64,000 nt of DNA from Gammaproteobacteria bacterium (lineage in GTDB: Bacteria > Pseudomonadota > Gammaproteobacteria > Eutrophobiales > Eutrophobiaceae): positions 2,194,242 through 2,258,241 of the forward strand of contig OZ241847.1 of the NCBI GenBank assembly GCA_965202915.1, written 5' to 3'. Under the pieces are notes generated by a model, which did not search any database, was not told the origin of the DNA, and saw only the letters and a list, made by a program, of their open reading frames with translations. Positions 16,330 through 25,140 of this stretch are shown one piece after another; within the stretch, counting starts at the first letter, position 1; each line of letters opens with the position of its first letter. The translations under genes were made by a program, and so were the position numbers.

Positions 16330-17304
16330 ATGAAATTAGATGAATTAAATAAATACAGAAGGCTAATACTCATTATTAGTGTTATTGCCTTTTCTCTTTT
16401 GTTAATTGGTGTGTCTGAGGTCTTTCTAGCCAGATATATGGGCCTGGGTGAGCCTGTACTTTATGACTCATCTCCAATATACGGGTATAGGCCATTGCCT
16501 GGAAAAACATACTCTAGATTTTATGGAAAGGAGGTAAAGTTTAATAATCTGGGGCTAAGGTCTGAATCTGATTGGAACGAAGATATTGAAGATAAAATAC
16601 TTTTTCTTGGTGATTCCGTAACTTATGGAGGTTCTTATATTAGCAATACGGAATTGTTTTCTTATCTATCTGTAAAAAATCTGGGAAACAATTACGTTAG
16701 CGGGAATGCCGGGGTAAATGCATGGGGGGTTGAAAATATATATGGTCTTATTGTCGAGTCAGGGTTCATGCCCGCGGGAATTTACGTCACAGTTATTCCA
16801 GAATCTGATTTTTACAGAGGCTTGACTAGAATACACGGGCTCCCTTTCTATAATGAGGATCCAAAATATGCTTTTCAGGAGCTATTTGATTATTTTATTA
16901 TTAATAAAAATAATAATAAGCGATACAAAGGTTGGCAACACTATGCTGATAAAAACACAAAGGCTTTCGTTATAGAAAAAGCAGTGAAAAAACTAAAGAT
17001 GATCGATGTATTGTTAAAGGAAAAGGGGTATAAGCACTTAATCTTTATTTCTCCCAAAAAAAGGCAAGTGATAAAACATTTGGAGAAAGATCTTCTGAAA
17101 AAAGATCCATTGGTTAAAAAATTTCTAACGAAACATGGGCTGTTTCCTTTCTATATAAAAGATGAAATAAATAAGCTTGATTTATTGAGGGAGGAAATAG
17201 AGGGTATCTATCATGGCGACCATGACAACATACATCTTTCAGAAAAGGGCCATAGGCTCTGGGCAAGGATTATAACAAATAAGTTACAAGAGTTACTGCT
17301 TTAG
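16330..17304 (+). CDS. Membrane-anchored SGNH/GDSL-family hydrolase-like protein
   Basis: 324-aa ORF in a very AT-rich stretch, with an N-terminal TM segment (LILIISVIAFSLLLIGV). Block I is ILFLGDSVTYGG, with GNAGVNAWG following. Block V is HGDHDNIHLSEKGH. Confidence 0.7.
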   Translation: MKLDELNKYRRLILIISVIAFSLLLIGVSEVFLARYMGLGEPVLYDSSPIYGYRPLPGKTYSRFYGKEVKFNNLGLRSESDWNEDIEDKILFLGDSVTYGGSYISNTELFSYLSVKNLGNNYVSGNAGVNAWGVENIYGLIVESGFMPAGIYVTVIPESDFYRGLTRIHGLPFYNEDPKYAFQELFDYFIINKNNNKRYKGWQHYADKNTKAFVIEKAVKKLKMIDVLLKEKGYKHLIFISPKKRQVIKHLEKDLLKKDPLVKKFLTKHGLFPFYIKDEINKLDLLREEIEGIYHGDHDNIHLSEKGHRLWARIITNKLQELLL

Positions 17305-17593
17305 TTGGCGTTAAGCCCTGGGTTGGCAGCTAACGATTGCGGGTTTTATTCTGTCGCCATGGGGTCGCTTTGTTGGACAATATATTGCATTAATCTCAAC
17401 AAGTTAATCGCAACCAAAGAATCATTTGGCAACGTATTATCATAATAATTATCTTTCCATTCATAGGGTTATTGTACCGATTTACTTGGCCTGGCTGTAT
17501 AAGCTCAGAAACATATTGCGGGCAATATCCTCGGCGTATATCATGTCATCGTGTGTGACGTTCCGCTATCGCAAGACAACCAGGATAAACAAT

Positions 17594-17935
17594 ATGACTG
17601 ATACCGTATTTGGAAAAATCATAGCCGGGGAAATACCCGCGGACGTGGTCTATGAGGATGACTTGTGTCTGGGATTTCGTGACGTCAATCCTCAGGCACC
17701 GACCCATATACTGCTGATTCCGAAAAAATCTATCGCTAAATTATCCGAGGCAGGGCCGGAGGATCAGGCGTTGCTTGGCCACCTGATGTTGACCGCCGCT
17801 AAAATTGCCGGACAGGAAGGTGTTGGTGATCGCTTCCGGCTGGTGATGAATAATGGTGCTGATGCCGGTCAAACCGTATTCCATCTGCATATCCATATCC
17901 TTGCCGGTCGACAATTGGACTGGCCCCCCGGGTAG
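17594..17935 (+). CDS. hinT: HIT-family (HinT-like) nucleotide hydrolase
   Basis: An internal ATG of the 169-aa ORF gives MTDTVFGKIIAGEIPADVVYEDD...APTHILLIPKK...VFHLHIHILAG, which includes the HxHxH histidine triad. Confidence 0.85.
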   Translation: MTDTVFGKIIAGEIPADVVYEDDLCLGFRDVNPQAPTHILLIPKKSIAKLSEAGPEDQALLGHLMLTAAKIAGQEGVGDRFRLVMNNGADAGQTVFHLHIHILAGRQLDWPPG

Positions 17936-17968
17936 CCTGGCCCGTCCCGGCAATAAAGATGCGGCTTT

Positions 17969-18784
17969 TTAGTGCTTCTTTTGCCGGCATAAAAGCGAAA
18001 TAAAATAGGCTGAGCAAGCGATGAGCACCATGACGGATGCCGCCGGCAGATCAGGCTGATAGGAAACGGCCAATCCAAGCCAGGTGACCATTAATGCAAT
18101 CAGGCAGGCAACGATCATCATTTTTTTCAGTGATTTTGTGAATAGAGCCGCGGTCGCGGCCGGCATGCTTAACAAACAGATAACCAGTATTAATCCAACG
18201 ACTTGTATTAATAATACGACGGTCAGTGCAATCAATAAAAACAGCAAATAATAGATTGCCTCGACGTTAATGCCTCGAATGCGGGCAAATTCTTCATCAA
18301 AGACCGATAACAGTATTTGTTGGTAAAAGATCGATACCACGCTGATGATCACTATATCAAGAACCAGCATCAGAATAAGATCGGAATCAGTGATCAGCAG
18401 GATATTGCCAAATAGATAAGCGAATAAATCCACGTTATATCCCGGCGTCTTTGACAGGAAGATAATGCCGATTGCCATCCCGGCGGACCATATTGCGGCA
18501 ATTAAGACGTCTTCCTGCTGTTTCCATTTCAGATTAATCCAGCCAATAATCATTGCCGCGATAATCGCGGTGATGATTGCGCCGTGCATCGGCGACGCAC
18601 CAAAGAAATAGGCGATACCCATGCCTGCCAGAACCGAATGCGCTATCCCGGCACTGATGCTGCTGATCCTCTTGACAACGACGTAACTGCCAATGATGCC
18701 GCAACCGATGCTCGCCAGCAGACAGGCAATCACCGCATATTGCATGAATTGGTAATTGCTTAATAAATTAATGGCTTCATTCAT
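17969..18784 (-). CDS. znuB: Zinc/manganese ABC transporter permease
   Basis: 271-aa polytopic ORF in an operon with the ATPase and substrate-binding protein. It overlaps the znuC stop. Confidence 0.85.
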   Translation of the reverse strand: MNEAINLLSNYQFMQYAVIACLLASIGCGIIGSYVVVKRISSISAGIAHSVLAGMGIAYFFGASPMHGAIITAIIAAMIIGWINLKWKQQEDVLIAAIWSAGMAIGIIFLSKTPGYNVDLFAYLFGNILLITDSDLILMLVLDIVIISVVSIFYQQILLSVFDEEFARIRGINVEAIYYLLFLLIALTVVLLIQVVGLILVICLLSMPAATAALFTKSLKKMMIVACLIALMVTWLGLAVSYQPDLPAASVMVLIACSAYFISLLCRQKKH

Positions 18785-19497
18785 ACCGGATGCTGATGAT
18801 GAATGATATTGACCCGCACGTCGTAGAGTTCCTCAATCATCTTGCCGCTGATTGATTCGGTGTCGTGGCAAATCAGTGTTTTATTCAGACAAGCGACTCT
18901 GCTGACATAGGAGGAAATAAAGGCCACGTCATGCGACACAATAATGATGGTCATATATTCATTGTATTTTTCCAGAAAACTGAAAATATTTTCTTCCCCT
19001 TTGACGTCAATATTGGCCGTTGGCTCATCCAAAATAAGGATCTTCGGACGACAAACCAGCGCCCGCGCCACCAATACACGCTGGAGTTGGCCGCCCGATA
19101 ACGCGCCTATGGGTTTGGCGGCTATATGATCGATTTCCACCTCCCGCATGGTTTCCCTTACCAACGCACTGTGCTCAGACTGTATGCTATTGGCGGTTCC
19201 AAGCATGACCACTTCTTCAACAGTGATCGGAAAGTCTCTGGAAAACTTTGCATATTGGGGAACATAACCAATGTGATGCACGGCTTGTTCAGGCGGCTTG
19301 CCATAAATTGTGATCTTGCCGCGTTCAGGCTTTAGCAGTCCCAGCATTAATTTAAGGAGGGTCGTCTTGCCGCCGGCATTCGGGCCAATGATGCCAATAA
19401 ATTCCTCTTGATAAATGGAAAGATTAATATCCTTTAATACCCGCACCTCCGAATAGGAGAAATCAAGCGCCTGAATATCGATGACTATATCCGCCAT
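18781..19497 (-). CDS. znuC: Zinc ABC transporter ATP-binding protein
   Basis: Walker A GPNAGGKTT, ABC signature LSGGQLQR and Walker B ILILDEP. Confidence 0.9.
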   Translation of the reverse strand: MADIVIDIQALDFSYSEVRVLKDINLSIYQEEFIGIIGPNAGGKTTLLKLMLGLLKPERGKITIYGKPPEQAVHHIGYVPQYAKFSRDFPITVEEVVMLGTANSIQSEHSALVRETMREVEIDHIAAKPIGALSGGQLQRVLVARALVCRPKILILDEPTANIDVKGEENIFSFLEKYNEYMTIIIVSHDVAFISSYVSRVACLNKTLICHDTESISGKMIEELYDVRVNIIHHQHPV

Positions 19498-20372
19498 TAT
19501 CTTAATGATAATGCAATTGCATCACTCACGCGATCCAGATTGGCAAGATAATCCTCCGCCAACGGGTCTATAGTGATAATGTTGCCATTAATCTCTTTCG
19601 CAAGAACGCTGGCGGCATTTTGATTGAACTGGGGCTGTACAAATATGGTGCGCACCGCGTTTGTTTTGGCAAATTGGATCAGATCAACCAGTTTTGCGGC
19701 ATTAAGCTCGCGTCCATATTCCTCAAGTGATACCTGAACCAGGTCATAATCATGGGCAAAATATCCCCATGCAGGATGTGAAACGATAAATGCTTTGCGT
19801 TTTTTATCGGCCAGTTTGGATTTGATTTTTTCATCCATCAAAATGAGGGCGTCGGTTAAATGTTTGTGGTTGTCGGCAAATTCACTTTGCAATAAAGGTT
19901 TCAAGCGGAGGAGATGCGCGTATATTGCATCCGCTAAATGCGCCGCCTGTCTTGGACTGGTCCATATATGGGGATCAATATTATTACCGCTTTGATGGTG
20001 GTGGTGATCATTAATTTTGACGGCCGCGTCACAGCACCTGAGCAGTTGCATTTGCGGGTGGCGTTGCATAAAGACCTCGGCCCAAACCGATTCAAAAGGA
20101 ACACCAATAAAAAAAAACAGGTCCGTCGAGGCCAGTGCCGCCATTTGTTTTGGGGTCGGTTCATAGATCGCCGGATTATGCCCAGGTTTCACCATTACAG
20201 ACACGTCAACGTGGTCCCCGCCGATGCGTTCAACAAAATATTTTTGTGGTGGCACCGATACAAACACCCTGATCTTGTCATCCGCATGCAGGAATGATGC
20301 GTTGAGTAGCAGGACAAATAAAATACAGTGGCCGATAAGGTTGCCTCTGTCCATATCCATCATTGATTTCAT
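19497..20372 (-). CDS. znuA: Zinc ABC transporter periplasmic substrate-binding protein (His-rich loop)
   Basis: The family pattern is present (VFVSVPPQKYFVERIGG, NPAIYEPTP, DPHIWTSP). It has the Zn-type His-rich loop NDHHHHQSGNNIDPH. The start is placed at the internal M before the signal peptide (MKSMMDMDRGNLIGHCILFVLLL). The ORF extends to 20462. Confidence 0.8.
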   Translation of the reverse strand: MKSMMDMDRGNLIGHCILFVLLLNASFLHADDKIRVFVSVPPQKYFVERIGGDHVDVSVMVKPGHNPAIYEPTPKQMAALASTDLFFFIGVPFESVWAEVFMQRHPQMQLLRCCDAAVKINDHHHHQSGNNIDPHIWTSPRQAAHLADAIYAHLLRLKPLLQSEFADNHKHLTDALILMDEKIKSKLADKKRKAFIVSHPAWGYFAHDYDLVQVSLEEYGRELNAAKLVDLIQFAKTNAVRTIFVQPQFNQNAASVLAKEINGNIITIDPLAEDYLANLDRVSDAIALSLR

Positions 20373-20925
20373 AAAATCCGTAACGGCCAAATGGCCTGAT
20401 TGGTTTCCGGTAAAGACCCGTTTTGCGAGCTTGTCACTGAATATACGGCACCGATGGTTCATGCCCGGGCGGTCTTGCCGGCCATTTGATTGAACGCCAC
20501 AAGCTATGCAGCGTCTAATACCTCAAGCCTGGTCGTTCCGCAATAAATGTAACCCTCGATATAATGAACACCCTTTTGAGCCGCCACGCTTGTTTGCTGA
20601 ATTGATTGTAACAGGCATATAAACATTACGCCGATCTTTCACGGGTCGGAACGGGCTGATAGTATTATGGTTTTGCATGATCAAGTATCGATTACACTAT
20701 AACATATCACCTTATTTTATTGCACGTTCCGACTGGTTAATAGTGTGAATCCGGATAACAATCAAAGCGGCCGCGTCGCTTTATTGCACCTGCCATCGAA
20801 CGCTGGGATAAATATGCAGTCCGGAACACCTGGCACAACCGGGCGCCCTCGATTCAGCGATCACCGGGCGGGCGGTAATATTGGTTTAAGCGGGTGTTTC
20901 CAATATAATTGGCGAAAAAGTTGAT

Positions 20926-21186
20926 ATGGACGATGGAATAAAATACGACGAATATCTCGATGCCAAGGGTCTGAATTGCCCCTTGCCCATCTTAAAGACC
21001 AAGGTGCTGCTCAATAAAATGCAAGCCGGTCGAGTGCTTTACGTTGAAGCCACCGACCCACATTCAAAGGTTGATTTTGAAGCCTATTGCGCCAGAACAA
21101 ATCACGGTTTGTTGACCAGTGGTAAAACCGATGATGGGATTTTTTCCTTTTATATAAAACGCGCCGAAAATCCAAAAAAAATATGA
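20926..21186 (+). CDS. TusA/SirA-family sulfur-carrier-like protein
   Basis: 86-aa ORF with LDAKGLNCPLPILKTK, the conserved CPxP active-site motif. Confidence 0.8.
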   Translation: MDDGIKYDEYLDAKGLNCPLPILKTKVLLNKMQAGRVLYVEATDPHSKVDFEAYCARTNHGLLTSGKTDDGIFSFYIKRAENPKKI

Positions 21187-21318
21187 ACGTCCGTCGCCCA
21201 TATTAACCATGATGCCCTGCTTTATTATGCAAGCGCGGCATACATCCGCAACTCTAACGAGCATATCTCATCCGGTAATGATATGATATACAGGGCATGC
21301 CGCTCCGCGGAGGATAGA

Positions 21319-21981
21319 ATGACTGCAAAAAAGATTTTAGTTGTTGACGACGACGCCACCACTGCGATTGTTATGCAGTTGTACCTGCGAAATTTCGGTT
21401 TCCACGTACCTACTATTGCCAAGTCGGCCAGCGAGGCGATTTCCATGGCAAAAGCCGAAAGACCAGACCTGGTATTAATGGACATTCGCCTTGGAGGAGG
21501 TCTGGATGGCATTGACGCCGCCGAGGTGATCATTGAAAGGATTGGTATTCCGGTGGTTTACGTCACCGCCTATTCGGATGAAGCCACCCTGGAACGGGCA
21601 CAATTGTCCAACCCCGTCGGTTTTATTAATAAACCGTTGCGCGAAAAAGATCTGAAGACAACACTTCGATTTGCATTGACCGGCAATAACAAGCCGCAAC
21701 CAAAAACCGTCCGAAACTTTAATATGGTCTCAATGTTGCGAAATATTTATGATCTTACCCGTGCGGAAGCAAGAGTAGTGGCGACCTTGCTTAATAACCC
21801 CAATGTTGAAAATGCCGCAAACACCTTACACGTCAGTCTCTCCACCGTGCGCACGCATTTAAAGCATATATATCGAAAGACCGGCACCAAACGCCAAACG
21901 GCCCTGCTACACAAAATAGTGACCGGGCCAATCCCAACAATAATGGGTTCTCCCGAACTACCGATCCAAACTGAGGACTGA
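21319..21981 (+). CDS. Response regulator, REC domain + LuxR-type HTH
   Basis: MTAKKILVVDDD, PDLVLMDIRL and FINKP mark the REC domain. The C-terminal LTRAEARVVATLL...NAANTLHVSLSTVRTHLKHIYRKTG is a LuxR-type HTH. GGAGG lies upstream of the ATG at 21319. Confidence 0.85.
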   Translation: MTAKKILVVDDDATTAIVMQLYLRNFGFHVPTIAKSASEAISMAKAERPDLVLMDIRLGGGLDGIDAAEVIIERIGIPVVYVTAYSDEATLERAQLSNPVGFINKPLREKDLKTTLRFALTGNNKPQPKTVRNFNMVSMLRNIYDLTRAEARVVATLLNNPNVENAANTLHVSLSTVRTHLKHIYRKTGTKRQTALLHKIVTGPIPTIMGSPELPIQTED

Positions 21982-22075
21982 GATAAATTGCCCGCAAACA
22001 TTGACCCCAAAAGCAATCCCGAACAGACCATGTATTCAATCCCACGGCCTTTAGCCGCGGTTCGGTAAATAAAAT

Positions 22076-22152
22076 TGGTAGCGGGGGCAGGATTTGAACC
22101 TGCGACCTTCGGGTTATGAGCCCGACGAGCTGCCAGACTGCTCCACCCCGCA
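22076..22152 (-). tRNA. Initiator tRNA-Met (anticodon CAU)
   Basis: The reverse complement reads UGCGGGGUGGAGCAGUCUGGCAGCUCGUCGGGCUCAUAACCCGAAGGUCGCAGGUUCAAAUCCUGCCCCCGCUACCA. It is near-identical to E. coli tRNA-fMet as I remember it. It has three G-C pairs closing the anticodon stem and an unpaired 1:72 position. Confidence 0.95.
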
Positions 22153-22294
22153 CCGGACGGTCAAGTATAAAGGCCTGAGTTTATTTTTCAAGGGGGGCGT
22201 ATAAATCCGCAATATACGGATCAGTATGGGATAGACGGGGTTGTGGTTGCGATGTGCTCGGACAATAACCGTAGCCAGAGAGATATCGCCTCAA

Positions 22295-22801
22295 CTAACC
22301 GCCACTCAATAATGCAAAAACGCCAATGATCGCACCGATTCCAACACCAATTTGAACGTCCGCGGGTGCATTAACGACGGCCTTTGTGAACCAGTCATAT
22401 TCCTGTTCCGGTTGTTGCTCGGGAGCGTCGGTGGCCTGGGGCTCAGCAGATTCATCGTTTGCCGTTGTTTTGCCGTTTCCCGCTTCAGCACCATGATAAA
22501 TATAATAATCACTCTCGGTAACGCGGATACCACCCAGTTCAAATGACCATATCCCGTGTTTGTCCATCTCCAGGCCGAAAAGCGCCGGCTTGTTGAGATC
22601 AAAACCGGAATCAATGGGTGTTTGTATCAAGCTGCGGTCCAGTCTCAAGCCAAAACTGTATTGGTTCGCCGATTGACTTGCGCCGGCGAGCGGAATATTA
22701 AAATAGACGTAGGCCTGATGATCCAGAACAGGTTCGATGGCATAAAGGTTGAAAGAAACGGCTGAAATAACCGCGAATAGAAGACAGTGTGGTTTGCGCA
22801 T
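22295..22801 (-). CDS. Hypothetical exported protein with a C-terminal Gly-rich hydrophobic anchor
   Basis: The internal start gives the signal peptide MRKPHCLLFAVISAVSFNLYA. An acidic/Pro-Gln linker follows. The C-terminus is IGVGIGAIIGVFALLSGG. Confidence 0.5.
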   Translation of the reverse strand: MRKPHCLLFAVISAVSFNLYAIEPVLDHQAYVYFNIPLAGASQSANQYSFGLRLDRSLIQTPIDSGFDLNKPALFGLEMDKHGIWSFELGGIRVTESDYYIYHGAEAGNGKTTANDESAEPQATDAPEQQPEQEYDWFTKAVVNAPADVQIGVGIGAIIGVFALLSGG

Positions 22802-22918
22802 ATTATCCTCCCCGGCTATATGAGGGCATGATGAATGACCATGAAAAACCAATATCGATATTTACCCTGCCAGGGGCGTATTCAAGCGGTGCCGTGAAAT
22901 GCTGCAATCTCATCACCT

Positions 22919-23389
22919 TTAGAACGGGATATCATCATCCAAGTCGGCGGTCGGGCCGGGTTGTTGAGGTTTTGCCGGTGCCGGATTTTCACCCGCATTA
23001 GGCCGGGCATTTTGCTGTGGAGGCGTGCTATCAATACTGGCCGAGCCGCCACTGCGACTATCCAGCATTTGCATTTCCCTGGCGACGATTTCCGTCGTAT
23101 AGCGATCATTACCCTCCTTGTCCTGCCATTTACTTGTTTGTATTCGGCCCTCCACGTACACCTTGGAGCCCTTATGCAGGTATTCACCAACGATCTCGGC
23201 AAGGCGCCCGAAAAAAACCACTCTATGCCACTCCGTGCGTTCCTGCTGGTCGCCGGTTTCTTTGTCACGCCATGACTCACTGGTGGCAATACTTATGTTG
23301 GCAACCGCGGCCCCATTGGCCGTGTAGCGTATATCCGGATCATTCCCCAGATTACCGATTAAAATAGCTTTATTAATACCGCCGGCCAT
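22919..23389 (-). CDS. ssb: Single-stranded DNA-binding protein
   Basis: The internal ATG at 23389 gives [43 protein letters not shown]...[10 protein letters not shown]. The protein ends in the acidic tip DLDDDIPF. Confidence 0.95.
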   Translation of the reverse strand: MAGGINKAILIGNLGNDPDIRYTANGAAVANISIATSESWRDKETGDQQERTEWHRVVFFGRLAEIVGEYLHKGSKVYVEGRIQTSKWQDKEGNDRYTTEIVAREMQMLDSRSGGSASIDSTPPQQNARPNAGENPAPAKPQQPGPTADLDDDIPF

Positions 23390-23669
23390 ATTTTGATCCC
23401 CCTGTCTCCTTAATAGTGTCCTTGCTCCCGGCACAGGATACCCTTTTTGTTGGAAAGATGACAACAAATATTTGATGCCGGCACATTCTAAAAAACGGCG
23501 GGACGGCGAGTGTCTGGCAGGACGTCTTTCCAGTGCGGGCGTCTTGCCGGTCGATCTCTGCATTCCCTTTCAAGTTGACCCCGGAACGCCGGTCACGCAA
23601 CAGGTTGATTCTGCCCGCGTTGCGCAAATTATCCGGCAGAACCCTCAGACGGCGGATTTGCTGTTTTGC

Positions 23670-25091
23670 TCAGGCCTTTTGCTCAGACCGCGCATCCAGA
23701 ATGTATCCGGCTTGATGCAGTGAATCGCGATCCAGATTATCGATATCAACCTTCAAATAGGCCACGCCCTCTTCCGCGACCACGGTTGCATCCACCACCC
23801 CGGATACGGCCGATAACGTGCCGGCCAGTTTGCCGGCGTTTTCGGCGTCCAGCTTGCCTACGTTAAGCAGATAGCTCTTATGCCGAGCGAGCCGGGGCAG
23901 GGTCAATATCAGGATAAGCCAGGGCAGGGTTAATAACGCACAACCAAAATAAACCGCGGCAATACCAAATAGTGCATATAATCCACCGCCCGCTATTCCA
24001 CCCACAAAAATGCCGGCAAATTGGGCGGTGGAATGTGCACCGAGGGCGGTGCCCTTGGCGGCAATCGGCGCACTGCGCGACACCTGCGAAGGCAGGAAGG
24101 CTTCAAGGTAATTAAATGCAATAAACAGCATCGTGGTCAAGAAAAACACCGCGGCATGTGAGGAATAGTATAATGCATTGCCGAATTGTGAGATAAATAG
24201 TAACAGGGTTGAAGGAAGTAGATATTTGCCGGGGTTGCCCCGGCGTTCTCCATATACCAACACCGAGCCGGCAATCACCAGCGAAATGAGGACTACCGGC
24301 AAATAAAAATGCCAATGCATTGCCGCCTCCAGTCGGTGATGGTCGAGCAGGATAATCGGCAACACGGTAAAATTGGCCATAAGGATCGTATGGGCGATAA
24401 GGATGCTGAGATTAAGCCGCACCAAAACAGGGTTGCGGATCACCGATTTTAAATCGGCGTAAATGAATCCGGTGTCGCGATATCTGCGTATCCGCCGGGG
24501 ATCGGGCACCATAACAAACAGGACGGCTATCGCGGCAACGGCGAGCAGAGTGCACAATAGGAACAGGCCGGCGTGGCCCACCACCGCGTACATTATCGGC
24601 CCGGCAACAAAGGCGAATGAAAACGCGAGCCCTATGCCGCCGCCAATAATCGCCATGATCTTGGTACGCTGCTCATCTCGGGTTAAATCCGCGGCCAGCG
24701 CCAGCGTGGCCGCGGCTATCGCACCGGCCCCCTGCAACGCCCGACCGATAATGATCATATCGATGGTATCAGCCCCGGCGGCGATCAGACTGCCCACGGC
24801 GAAAATAACCAGTCCCAGGGTAATAACCGGTTTTCTTCCCCAGCGATCGGATAACAGGCCAAACGGGATTTGAAAGACCGCCTGCGTCAGACCGTAGATC
24901 CCCAGCGCAAGCCCGGTCTTAAAAGGCGTGTTGCCGGCAAGCTCGTTTGCCATCAGGGCAATGACCGGCAACAGCATAAACAGCCCCAGCATGCGAAGAA
25001 ACAGCACCAGGGAAACGGACGCTCCAACTTTTAACTCAAAAGCGGAAATTTTATTATCGGGGGTCACTGACGATTGAATTGCATCACGCAT
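23670..25091 (-). CDS. MFS transporter with a C-terminal Cys-less HMA-like extension
   Basis: About 12 TM segments, with the MFS loop motif [11 protein letters not shown]. It sits between ssb and uvrA, as I recall for Pseudomonas. The start is placed at the internal ATG 25091. The ORF-track N-terminal extension overlaps the uvrA start. Confidence 0.85.
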   Translation of the reverse strand: MRDAIQSSVTPDNKISAFELKVGASVSLVLFLRMLGLFMLLPVIALMANELAGNTPFKTGLALGIYGLTQAVFQIPFGLLSDRWGRKPVITLGLVIFAVGSLIAAGADTIDMIIIGRALQGAGAIAAATLALAADLTRDEQRTKIMAIIGGGIGLAFSFAFVAGPIMYAVVGHAGLFLLCTLLAVAAIAVLFVMVPDPRRIRRYRDTGFIYADLKSVIRNPVLVRLNLSILIAHTILMANFTVLPIILLDHHRLEAAMHWHFYLPVVLISLVIAGSVLVYGERRGNPGKYLLPSTLLLFISQFGNALYYSSHAAVFFLTTMLFIAFNYLEAFLPSQVSRSAPIAAKGTALGAHSTAQFAGIFVGGIAGGGLYALFGIAAVYFGCALLTLPWLILILTLPRLARHKSYLLNVGKLDAENAGKLAGTLSAVSGVVDATVVAEEGVAYLKVDIDNLDRDSLHQAGYILDARSEQKA

Positions 25092-25140
25092 GTAAAAACA
25101 TTTATAGTAACAGGTTATTTTGTCACTGGCGAAAGAGTAA

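Noticed and set aside
20611-20710. Possible Zur boxes upstream of znuA (taacaggcatataaacattacg at about 20611-20636, and gattacactataacatatcac at 20690-20710).
   Set aside because: They contain only partial TGTTATA-type half-sites with an imperfect palindrome. They lie 240-340 nt from the likely start. This is too weak to call without a position weight matrix scan.
21833-22153. 106-aa ORF covering the tRNA-fMet gene.
   Set aside because: The interval is explained by a canonical 77-nt tRNA. The ORF is read through structured RNA sequence.
25092-25140. I looked for a LexA/SOS box (CTGT-N8-ACAG) between the MFS gene and uvrA, and upstream of ssb.
   Set aside because: The closest string, CTGTTACTATAAATGT on the minus strand, lacks the ACAG half. 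No convincing box was found.
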